This document shows, in pieces, positions 13,891 to 25,200 of a DNA stretch of 64,000 nt (position 1 is the stretch's first letter; each line of letters starts with the position of its first letter). A program made the position numbers and the translations under genes. The notes under the pieces are model-generated. The model was not told the origin of the DNA. It searched no databases and was given only the letters and a program-made list of their open reading frames with translations. This DNA is from Takakia lepidozioides (lineage: Eukaryota > Plantae > Bryophyta), in assembly GCA_030704615.1 (NCBI GenBank), contig CM060731.1:16740001-16804000 (forward strand), written 5' to 3'.

Positions 13891-15990
13891 TCAACGGTGA
13901 GTGATCCTTTCTGCAAAGGGTGACGTCCACTCATAATGCAGTTCCAAGCCTGGAGCATTTCCAGACTCACCTTGAGATTTCTCCTGATGAACTAATGCTG
14001 CCAAGCCCGGTCTCAACTTGGGTCCACTCCATAGGTCATAACTGTTGCCACCATCACTAAGAAGGCTGGCACTTTGAGAAGAGGAAGTTGAAATACTGTT
14101 GGCTCCATGTTGTAGGCCAGGGTCTCTAGTATCAGATAAGTTCAACATCGTGGCTAGACTGCTGGAGATTCCCCATAAACTTTCGTCTGGTGTGCCAGAT
14201 GGGGAAGCGGCCATGCTCCAATCAATGGTCTTGTAATCAGAACTGCCTGATGCACCCATGTTCCAGTCCACTGGGGCACCTGATAGTCCTGATCCCCAAC
14301 CTGTGAAGAGCCCAGAAGTAGAGGGGAGGGAGCTTGTAAACTGCGCAATAGGGTTGGACATGCTGGAAAAAGAAGGGAAAGGAATTTGTAGAGGACCAAA
14401 CGCACTCCGGTCTGTGTTCCAACTTGCTGTCAAAGCATTCAGTTGGGGAAACTGCAGGGGATGGTATTGCCCTGACACAGTCTCTGCACTGCTTTCACCT
14501 ACATCTCTCACCAGAATGTTGCCTGAAGGCCTTCCTTTAAACCGGGCATCTCCTTGAGGACCATTCAGGTAGAGCCCGCTGGAGGATGGCGACAACGTCC
14601 CTGCTATACTTCCCTTCCAATTAGACAGAGAAGGAGGAAATGAAGCTGAATGTGTGCTGATGCTTGCATTAGGAGGAGGATGGGCCAGAGCAGACTGCGG
14701 TAACATAATGGGATCTCTCATAGGCTCTACAGCGGGGTTGCGATAGGAAACCCTACTCTCTGTTGGTAGGGGTGGAGGTCTTGAATCTACAGCCACATGG
14801 GGTGAACTAGAGGTGGTTGGAGGCCCATACTGCAGTACCTGGAAGCCATGGTTTGTCATTCTCCTCACAGGTGGTGAAAAACTGTCGCACTCTCCTGCCC
14901 CTATAGAAGGGCTTCCAGCCATGGAAACACCACCCTCTGTCCCTTCTGCTGCCATGCATGAAGGAGGGTAACCAACAAGCTGATGCTGGGTCTGCGACAT
15001 GATGTGCTGTCGATGCAGCTGTATCTCCTCTCCTCTTGTATGACTCACAGCTTGATATGGGCCACTAGGTTTTGCATGGATTCCCCTCAACAGTTGAGAG
15101 GGTGGAATCAGAACAGGTATTGAAGGAGTCGGTTGAGGGGACGGCTCAATGCCCCGTTCCTTCTCTCCAAAGAACTCGCTGCTGATGGAAGGATGTGGAT
15201 GTCGGTCCCTTAGCCATTCTGAAGCCCTATCTAAATCCCCTTGGCAAGCAATTATTGCGCGCTCTATATCTGGTCGTGAAAACTTGTGACAAATTTTCAA
15301 TTCGGAGAGACGTGCCAGTCGTCACATATCAATTTCCAAATCGCCTTCTATATCCTCATTGACATGGCCCTCGCACCCTTCCAGGATCCAGGATACAGAG
15401 CGTTCAACATTGCCTTCATTCTGGATAAGAGCCATGGTGGCTTGCTCAGCTGAGAAGCCCATAGCTACAAGCTGTTGAGAGAGAGCCTCAAGTTTACGAG
15501 ACATTAGGTGATTGATCGAGCGATCTTTCAATTCCTGTGCTCGCCGCTCCTTCTGCCGCTGATGCTTCCTCTCATTTTTCCAGCGAATCTTATCACGCTT
15601 CTCTGAACCCGCCCCCACTAACCCTGGAGGAGTTCCAAGCCTGGCTGCGCCATTCTTGTCTTTCCCATGGATCTGCGATTGGTCTTCGGATTCACCAGAA
15701 CAGCTGCCATGTTTGGACATGGAATCATGCTCTATACAGCTACCCACGGCACTCGCGTTATCATCCATTTCATCAATCGATCTAAACCTGCTGTTCGGAA
15801 TCGACAGACCGTTGTCCGGAGCCGCTATGTCAACAAGATGGAAAGTGCCAGATTTGGGGTTGTAAGCGTGAGCCGGAACAGCGCCTCCTCCTCCGGACGG
15901 ATGTCGTGAAGACGCTTTCCACTCCTTCCCCTGTTGCTTTTCACCAGCCTTTTCCGCTGGTGTGCCCCTGGCCAGAGCTGCAGGAGACAT
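13891..15990 (-). CDS. UBA-domain protein (plant ubiquitin-associated/EF1B-N-like family), coding region intronless, interrupted by an in-frame TGA at 15324-15322; possibly a pseudogene or assembly error
   Basis: Family motifs YNPxxGTFH, RFRSIDE, KIRxKNERKHQRQKERRAQEL, UBA LVAMGFSAEQATMALIQNEG, second UBA-like IERAIIACQGDLDRA, and C-terminal EWTSPF. ORFs 16038-15322 and 15300-13891 are in the same frame, separated by TGA plus 7 sense codons. Likely start MSPA at 15990. Confidence 0.8.
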
Positions 15991-16697
15991 TGCTGCAACC
16001 CAACTACTTGCAGCTCCTTCACGAAAACGCTCGTGCACACTGCGAGAGCTTACTAAGATTCAGTCTACCCCCATCACCACACAATTCCAGCCATTTCACC
16101 TTTTTCTAAGAGCCCATCAATGCAGACTTGAAACCAAAGATAAACGACCCCCAACCAAAATTCAAAGGAAAATAACATTGAAGGTTCAGACGTAAGCAAT
16201 CACCAGGTAAGCATACAAGCTAAGAACGTCTTCACTGCATAAGCATATGAGACACACCTCTCAGATCTTCTGCAGGCACTACGGAATTGGGGAGCAGAGG
16301 AGTCCTCACTCAGTCAATGGACCACGCCTGGATGCCGTGGTGCGGTTGCTTGGCAGGCGGAAACGATCATTGCCCGTGCGCAGCTGGCAAGATTTGTTTG
16401 GCAGGAAGAATGAGCAGGTTGAAAGAGAAGGCAAGGCAGCAAGATTTATAGTGGTGGCAGGGATAAGAAGGAGAAGGATAAACAAGTGTGGAGCAGCAGG
16501 AGAGAGACAGTGAGAGAATCGGACAGGAGCCTGCCACACACTGTCACCCCGCTCATCTTCGGGCCACCCGTCGCGCTGAAGCGCAATCGCCCGGAGCCCG
16601 TTACACCATTTTTTTATTCATCTGTTTCTTGTTTTTTTTTTTTTTTTTTTTGCCAGAACGTGACCGTCTGGAGGGTGTTGATATCTTATTTTTAAAG

Positions 16698-16925
16698 TTT
16701 TTTTTTAAAGGGGAAACACCTGGGAGCGACAGCTCACAAATCAGGCCCCTTGATAGTGAGAGGAGAAAATAACCTCTTTCACAGTAACCATGCCATGGAG
16801 TCTGAGAAATGGGACACCGCCTAGGGAAGGGGGAGAAGAGTATACCACACCCGTCACGTAGCAGGTTTTGACCCCAGAATCATCTGGGTGACACTCAGTG
16901 CAGTAACCAACTGAGCTACTGACTG
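16698..16925 (-). mobile_element. tRNA-derived SINE
   Basis: Minus strand shows A-box AGTAGCTCAGTTGG (16920-16907), B-box-like GGGGTCAAAACC (16875-16864) and a poly(A) tail (16706-16698). Decayed direct repeats (ttgatat..attttt.aaa.tt) flank both sides. A related copy lies near 31650-31745. Confidence 0.7.
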
Positions 16926-17106
16926 TTGGTTTGATATTAATTTTTCAAAATTGAAGGGAGGGCTTTCCAGGGCTACAATCCCCCTGTTCATTTTTGTTTT
17001 TATTATTATGATTTATTTAATTTATTTTTTTGAAAAGGGAGGGTGTTGATCAATTTCAACGGAGGGGAAAATAACCAAGGTTGGCAATCATTCAAATCCT
17101 TTGCTC

Positions 17107-18330
17107 TTTTTTTTCATAAAAGGAGCGACCGCTCACAAATTGTTAGCAAAACACACAAAAGTTGTTGCAAGGTGGCTCTTATGGAAGCAATGGTAGTGGA
17201 AGCACAACAATTTTCCCACAAGTGCCACAATATATAGGGACATAAACATATTAAACTGGACAGATCTGTCTTCCTTGTGAGGATGGGTGGCTATGCTGCA
17301 TGCGTTTTTTTTTTGTTTTTTTTCTTGAGAAAAGGGAGCAGATACCCTTGAATCTTTATAGAAATGGACAAAGATTCCCATGTTAACAAAGAGGAATAAA
17401 TAATCTCTCAAGGGGTGCCATAGAGGCTGAAATCGGAAAACGTTGCTTTGTAACCAACCATACTAGAAGGCAAAGAGCAGAAAGAGGAAATCAAAAGCAA
17501 AATTATAGTTGTTGTGCCCCTCAACCAGTTATATTTCCTATTGAGGCTATCAAAGGAGAGTTGTGCTTTAGATAGCTTCCTTTCCTAAAAGATCTACGGT
17601 GCTTGCTGTTAACCTCTGAATCCTCGCCCTCAAGGGGAGAACGTTTTGCACTAAGTGAGCTGTCAGTTTGACGGGATGTTGTCGCACCAATGCACCCTTG
17701 ACTGAGATTGTTTGGAACAGATTCGATTGCACCTCCCCATGTGTTATCAAATTCAGCGAGAAGCTAAGATCTTCTCCTTTGGCCACATCTGCGAAGAGCT
17801 TCCCCCAAAACCCGCCAAGCCTTACAAGCCTCAGACATAAGGTCCAAATGAGTCTTAAACAAAATAGACCTAACACAGATCATCTACAAGCACAAGGGAT
17901 TTATTCCAAAGAGTGTGGGCCCTGAGAGTGGCCCAAACAGGGCAAGAAGAGCAAAGGGATCCTGCTGCGCAACATTGCAAAATTGAGAAGCACAATAGAT
18001 GAAACATCAGCAGGAAGGGGCATCCAGAGGGCATAGAAAGAAAGAGCTTTGCTCCAAGCCATCCTAGCGACCGGACAGAAGAGCAGTCAATGTTCCAAGG
18101 ATTCATGAACTTGAAGATTACATAATTTACAGAGAGAAAGAGAGTCTAAGAAACAGACAAGCATAGGCAGAAGATGGTTAACCATCTTCCAAAGAAATCA
18201 TGCAATTTCTGCTACTCTATTTTTCCTCAAGACATCTCTCCAAATGATCTTCCAAGTGGAAGGACAAATCAGCCAGATGAGACCACTTTTTGGACTATTT
18301 CATGTATCCAATGAGCCAACATGGTTAAGC
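17107..18330 (-). mobile_element. Degenerate L1-type LINE 3' relic (zf-RVT region to poly(A))
   Basis: Minus-strand translation WKIIW...FLWKMVNHLLP...CKLC...ESLEH*LLFCPVARMAW (about 18270-18050) fits the zf-RVT signature. Poly(A) at 17114-17107. Confidence 0.7.
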
Positions 18331-18879
18331 AGCGAATATCCACATTATATGCAAAGAAAGGGGAGTGTTGTTTATTCGTTTATTCCGCCATATCCATTCT
18401 CCAGGATCAAATTGGAGAAAAAACGTACTCTTAAGTAATTTCGAACTTTTGGCTTAAATCTGGACCAAACTTACTGAATCACATAATTAGAATTAATTCG
18501 GATATTAAAAATAAGATTGTGGAATATTGAGTCATTTAACTTATGAAGTTGCACAATTCCATTCATGTAACATCGAACTGTAAGTCGAATGACGTACTTT
18601 GTATCATAAAATGATAAATATAAGATCAATTGAGTGAAGTTATTAATAAATTGGTAGATATGTCACAAAAACAGAACATTCATGAAGACAATATAATATA
18701 CAAATGAAAAGTAAACATCCATACCATGCTTAAAGTGTCGACTACCATGAACCAATGTATTGCAAGTTTACAATTAACGGATTGAAACGTTGAATGAAAT
18801 AAAGTTGAATGTCAATCAAACATTGGAATTATGTTTCAAAATATTTAGAGATCATTCATAAAGGTTCATATGACAACCA

Positions 18880-19620
18880 AATTTTGTGGAAGAGTATACT
18901 CTAGATTCACCTATAAAGTCTTTGAACCAAATATCCCAACTCGATTCTTTCATACCACAAAACTGGAAAAAATAAATTAAATAAGCATCAGACATTGGAA
19001 TTAGGTTTTAGGGTATAGAGTTTGCTAAGGTACTAAACATAGTATTGAGTATGAATGGAAAAGAAAATAAGGGAAAGTGTATAGATGACTTGTCACCTAC
19101 AAAGTTTGTGAATGAAATATCCCAACCACAGTTCTATTGTACCCAATTTATGAAGAACGTGCATCATACAGTGGATTTAGATTTAAGGGTTTAGGGTTTA
19201 GAAAAGTGTAAATGGAGAAACAATTATGGAATCTGAGTCTTTACATGGACCTACAAAATTTCATGAAATGTCCCCACCACTTAGACCGTACCCAAAACTG
19301 GAAAAAATACTCGATATAAATGGAAAAAAAAATATAGGAAGTCTACATATGACTTGTCACCTATGAAATTTGTGAATGAAATATCCCAACCACAGTTCTA
19401 TTGTACCCAATCTATAAGAATGCACATCAAACATTGGAGTTAGGTTTAAGGGTTAAGGGTTAAGGGTTTAGAAAAGTGTAAATGGACAAACAATTATGGA
19501 ATCTGAGTCTTTACATGCACCTACAACAATCCATGAAATATCCCCACCGCTTCGACCGTACCCAAAACTGGAAAAAAAATAAATAAAATAAGCATCAAAG
19601 ATCGGAATTAAGTTTTAGGG
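18880..19620. repeat. AT-rich higher-order tandem repeat (~265-bp units built of ~130-bp subunits) containing telomere-like TTTAGGG/TTAAGGG motifs
   Basis: gacttgtcaccta...gaatgaaatatcccaaccacagttctattgtacccaa...gggtttagaaaagtgtaaatgg...gaccgtacccaaaactggaaaaaa repeats at about 19087 and 19351, with a more diverged partial unit at 18890-19015. Confidence 0.85.
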
Positions 19621-20074
19621 TACACTGACCACAAAATTACTCTTCTCTGTCAAGCAAGATGATGTATGTCAAGAATATTCATACTATCAACCAATTTGTT
19701 CTTGTAATATTCCATTTTTCATTTACATCCCGGATCTAAGTGTTTTTAATACTAACCACTTCAGAATATTGCAATAAAAATCTTTTGATACCATCTGTAT
19801 GTTTTAGTATGTTTCAGTTGTGTGCATGGTATGTTTTACATACTAATCAAGTCTGAATAAAAGGTTCTCTACTTCCAAAAGTTTTTCATATTAATCAATT
19901 CAATGTATTTGAAAAAAAACAGCATTCATACAATTGAGGGGATTTCATATTTGTTTATCAGGAGGCGACATGGTCAAGGCAATAAAATAAGCACTGATGT
20001 GTGGTTTTTCACAAATATGCCAGCTAAGCAGGTGCCATTGCACCCTGAAGACATGGATAATCTTTAAGATTTAC

Positions 20075-22048
20075 CTTGACAAGGTGTCATGTCAATAGTC
20101 TTGGTGTGACTTTTGCCAAGTTTTCTCACCTTGAACTTTCCTCCAGCTGCTAACCTGTTGCGACAGAGACCCTCCCACAAGTTGCCACGCACACCCCCTA
20201 ATATTCCAATGCCTGATGAACCCTCGACAAACTTGTGCACTTCGGAACGACTTGCTTATGAGCCACTCTCTCCGCCACATGAGGAGAGGCCCAATACGTG
20301 TGCGTTGTGATGAAATATGGATCCACCCTAAGGTGGAGGATGCGGTTGCTGACCTCTGGATTGGCAGATGCATCACCTAGGCTTTCACGAATAACTATGG
20401 TGGCAAATTACTAAGAGCCAGCTCCAACAAATCATGCTGGTTTTTCTATATTTTTTCCAAAACATACCGCGGAATGTCACCCCACCTGTGGATGCCGGCT
20501 GGCACTGATGAGAACACCAACAAGAGATGCAAACACCAAATAATATTGCAAAGCAAGATTTCAATTGGTTCCCGAACAAGCACCACAATTGTCCATTACC
20601 TTGTCATACCTATCATAGCGTACTATCATCTCCTCCGCATGAATCTCTTTGTATATGGCTGCTCGACAGCTTTCCAGCTCCGCAAAGCTCGACTGTCCAT
20701 GTGCATGATTTCATAGCCTTCGCGCTTGAAAACTCCAATAGATATCCATTTTGGGTGAAGTCACGAGCACTATCTTTGCCATGGATTCCCCATACTTCAT
20801 TGGATTTACCGCATCAACTAGAAACTTGCAACCAAACAACACTGCAAACAATGTGAGAATATCTCTATCTTTTTCTATAGGTGGTATACTACAACATCAT
20901 GCATCCACAGCCAAGAACCTTGAATTTTCGTTTTGGAGCTCCTCTTCCATTGACTCATCGTCGAGCTGGAAAACGTCGTCGTCGCTGAAGAACATTGGTT
21001 TGCGTGACAATGCCCTCACCAACACAACGTTTCGGCCTTCTTTTGCCCACAGGTAGAGCAGGTAGTACCCCAACATACTCTTCCTAATCCCTGCACCCCA
21101 CCCAAGCAATCAAAGTTATCTTACAATACAATAGGATGGTTCCTCAAATGGTGTGTTATAAAGCTAGATTTGGAAAATTAATCTGAAAAAATGAAAAGAA
21201 AAGAAAAGAAAAGAAAAGGAAAAAAAAAAAAAAAAAAAAAAAAAACCAAAATTGTTTGCTGCTCTTGAGTTGCTATTGATGCTATTGAGTGGCAGTGGAA
21301 GCGAGACTAAACATTTATAGGTTTACTATGACGCGTGGTTCACCTGGGTTCCCCGCCATGATTATGCCGGAGCCACCACTCTAAAGATGATCTGCCACCT
21401 TTTGCACCAGTCCATGATAGCACTTTCGCACAAAGACGTTGTTTCCAAGATTGGGAATTCCAAGGAAGCTATTGCCAATACCAAGCCACAACACACTGTC
21501 TCCTGATAAGGTGACCTTACACAAATATTTCCAAAATGCATTCTGTAGTGGGTTTGTTTGTCTCCGGCCTGTAACTGTTGTAAGCATACATGTGCATTAA
21601 ATTCTTACCTCGTTTCTAGTGTTCTCCCTTATTGATATGTCTGATTGCAGTTTGTTTACACCTAATTTTTTCTAAATGATGGATTTTATATTATGATGTC
21701 CCACAAAAAATCCGCAAAATACTATGAATTGATATTGACATATGAATTGAAAATCCTTCCAAACACTATCCATGATATGCTCTACATTCTGTATCCACCA
21801 TAATCAAGCAAAGTTCAGCATGGTACAAATCTAAGCATTGAGCAAACAGTAGAAACATACATGCTGGAGGCACTTGAATCTGTTCAAAGGTGTAAACTCC
21901 TGCCCCTACGAGATCATTTCCAATCAACATAAATCCGCCAGAATCATGTAAATGCCCGTTACGTCCGAGCAATTAGCACTTCTGCAACACTCTTAGGAGC
22001 ATGGAGCTGCTTGATCTCATTTATACCCTCACAAATGAAAATCGTCAT
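20075..22048 (-). pseudogene. Crinkler/RHS-type effector-like gene (N-terminal header + P-loop NTPase + RGxLWE motif), spliced and decayed
   Basis: Exons 22048-21861 (MTIFICEG..KSVAEVL/LGRNGHLHDSGGFMLIGNDLVGAGVYTF), 21568-21344 (FWKYL..DSVLWLGIGNSFLG..GNNVFVRKCY..IIMAGNP), 21090-20919 (GIRKSMLGYYLLYLWAKEGRNVV), then FLVDAVNP..AKIVLVTSPK..ELESCR..VRY, SNRILHLRV..WASPHVA, RGNLWEGLCRNRLAAGGKFKVRKLG. The first two introns are GT-AG and phase 1. Lesions: a stop at 21383-21381, frameshifts, a CAG-to-CAA acceptor near 20827, and Walker A G-to-R. Confidence 0.8.
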
Positions 22049-22249
22049 GTATTGGGGACTTATCTTTTTCTTAGAATGTTAGTAGTAAATATGGTGCTTT
22101 CCATTTGTTTACTTGGATTGGACATTGTATGAAGCATGGTAGTATAGCTGAACCCATTAAAACGTGGAAGGAGCTTGTTTATGGAATTTGATGGTTTTTC
22201 GCATTCATGCTCTCATTGTACCCGTCTTTATAAGTAAGTGTCTTCACCT

Positions 22250-24400
22250 CCATTTGTTGTTTCTAGCTTTGTATATTCATTTATATCGCTTCTATTACAA
22301 TGTGTATGTACATTTATGTTTTTTACATGCTTACATGTTACGAGTTGTATTGTAGTTCCCATTGAAACGTGCTTATTCTGGAGGCTCACATGTTCATATA
22401 TCTGATCAACTCCGTCCAAAACTCACATAAGAATCGAAGAACACCCTTAGTAAATTGTGGGCCGTGCTACACGACATGTTCCCTCCATCACCTGAATGGA
22501 AGTGGGCAACATCCTCAGCCCAGTGGTTAAGGCCTCTTGTGCCCCAACAACAACCAAAATGGGAGTGTGGATACTTTTGGACCCGTTACATTGATCTTTA
22601 CCTCCATCAAATGTTTGTTAATCTCCATCCATATATGGTAGGTCCGGTAAGACCTTTGGTTTTCTCCTCTATGATTTTGGTATGTCATATGTGTTGTGAC
22701 CCTATATTCTAACCGTCTTCATGCTTCTTTGCAATGCGTAGTTCGACAAGACCTGGTTTCATGTGCTCTTCACAAGAGGCTGGAAATGCAACGTCATATG
22801 GTGGATTTGAAGTTCAAAAGGCTTACTCTAGGTTGCTCCATGTCAACAAGACTATCGTGGCTTATGAGGATGACAACCCAATGTTCTGATGTACCTATCA
22901 TGACATACACATGCTGGCTAAACTCTTGTACTTGTGTTGTGATGAAATGTGTTTTCATTAACATGAAACCATTTGTGGTGCGAAATGGTGCTTGATACAT
23001 ATACAATAAACAACTTGTTAGGCTTTGCCATACCTGCCTTTTGACATGCCACACTGCATATATTGCTGCAATATAAGATTCCAATGTGATTATCTTTATT
23101 TTCACATCGGAAAGATAGTATTATGTAATGATGTAGTCGTGATATGGATTTCACAATCGCATCATATTTGGATTCATGTGTATGCTTCCAGTGAGAGGAA
23201 TGCCCATTGCATTTGGAGTGGTCCTCATGTCGCATTGCATGTTATGTACAATGGATACACTCTATATCCATATTAGGTGCAGTATAAGAATAATCATTCA
23301 TCATGGAGTGGGCTTACGTTCATTTCAGACTATAATACCAGTGGAATGAAGACTAAATAGCATATATACATTATATATGCATGAATCTTAAGCACTTAGG
23401 AAAAACAAAACCGCAATTTCTGCACAATGGTTTCAAATCACTAGTAGCCCAAAACGAAAGAAAGGATTAATTGTTTCCCAGATGCCATGACATAACCTAC
23501 ACACATGAATTTTATGCACTCCCCAAACATGAAGCCATGTCCTGCAGAAGGTAAAGACAAAACACATGGACGGTCATTTCAGAGAATGGAAGTAGTGGGA
23601 CTCGAAAGTATTCGCGGATTTGCACTCTACAAAAGTAAGCCCAACGACTCCACAATGGTTGCAAATGATTGGACGGTTAGTTTAAAGATAAATGAAAAAC
23701 AATAAACCTAGTTGCAACGGAAACTGCATGCGTATTGGAAATGGTCCACAAACATGTATTCATACCTTACGCTTCTAATCAATCGACATATCCATATGTG
23801 GTCCTCTTTACAACATACAAAGTGTAATTGTAGTCATCCAGTGGTGGTAAACACTTGTCCATGGAGCCAATACCATTAAAAAATTGTCTGAAACTAGGTA
23901 AACCCAAAAATACATGCAATACATGTGCCGTCCCCTTTGTTGTCGACTGACATTGGCTCCTCGTTCGTTGACATCTCATCTACAGTCCATTTTGAGTTGA
24001 ACCGAGGTTCCTTCGATTCCCATTTGACCTGCTTATAATCGCATTCATGCTCATTCGAGAACCCATGATCCACATCTTTGGTAACCAATACGTCTCTAAA
24101 TAATGCATGACTTCTTCCAAGGTGGGATACTTTTCCCGGAGGCTAATGAGTTTGTACACAGCCCATGATGCAACATCAGCGTCACCCAAACCCCCCCTGA
24201 AATCGTACATAATTTTTCCCAAGTCATGTAAAATGTTGGCGCATATGGTAGGGTCTTTTACCTTCGAGACAACATTTTTAACCATGCTCCTGGGACATAG
24301 CGCAAGCACAAAGAGATGGCACAATCTCCCCAAACAGACCTCTCAATTTTGTCAGCAACGTGAACCAAGAAATGCACAAAGTGAAAACAACCTTACAACT
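22250..24400 (-). mobile_element. Degenerate Mutator-like (MULE) transposase remnant
   Basis: Frameshifted minus-strand translation VWGDCAISLCLRYVPGAWLKNVVSKVKD...VMHYLETYWLPKMWI resembles the MULE CxWHVxxAW and YxxxxWxxxxxxW region. A CKHV (SWIM-like) remnant lies near 22330. No TIRs identified. Confidence 0.6.
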
Positions 24401-25200
24401 TTGGCGTTACAAGAGCCTTTGGGGCTCAAGAGTGTGGATGCTCCTAGTGACTATCATTTTGGTAGATTGGTGCTACTTTTTTTCTATGTAGTTGACCTTG
24501 GACTTCTCCGTTGTCCTTCTGCTTCTTTCTTTCATGGTGTCCAGTTGTGACATGCGGTTGGTTGCCCCTCGCTTGTAAAAGCCTCCATGGTTTCTAGAGG
24601 TTATTTTTTGCCTCTTTTGATGAATTTGCCGCGCCTCTATCCCCTTCCCCCCGGAAAAAACAAAAACAAAAAAAGACCACAAACTGTCATGGTAGGAAAA
24701 ATTGAGAACCACCAGTCGGTCCAGTCTGCCCCTGCCCACACAAATTACCCCTTGCAAAAAAAAGGGAAAAGAGAAAAATAAATAAATAAAGGAAAAAAAG
24801 AAAAAGAAATAGCGAAGCAGTTCTTGATGAACACGGAGAAGCGTGAGTGTGGCGGTGTGAAAGCGGACGTGGTTTGGTAGCCGTCTCGCACGCAGCGAGC
24901 GTAACCTAAATGTGTCTCTCGGCCATCCAGGGCTGCCGTACTTCTTGCCACTCGCCATTGTATTAACCACACGCAATTCTACCGAGCTTGGTTTACTGGG
25001 AAGGGTGGGGTTCCTAGCCCTTGGATGTGGCGGATGGAGATCTTGTAGTAGGTGTCCAGTCGACGAAAAAACTAGGGTGGACGGCCATGGTTGCGGAGAT
25101 AGGTCTTGAAGCCGTTATTGAAGTAGGTGGTGGAAACCTCGCTGGGAAGAGGGCTTGAGAAAGGGAGGTGAAGAGTACAGCATCGAAGCGGTGAGTGAAA

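Noticed and set aside
15322-15324. Selenocysteine or U-to-C editing as explanation for the in-frame TGA
   Set aside because: Land plants lack Sec insertion, U-to-C editing is organellar, and the position is not a conserved Cys or Arg.
17568-17876. LFQT..HPVK in a minus-strand ORF as the missing Crinkler nuclease domain
   Set aside because: It lies inside the L1 relic, over 2 kb from the NTPase, with no supporting upstream catalytic Asp motif; probably chance.
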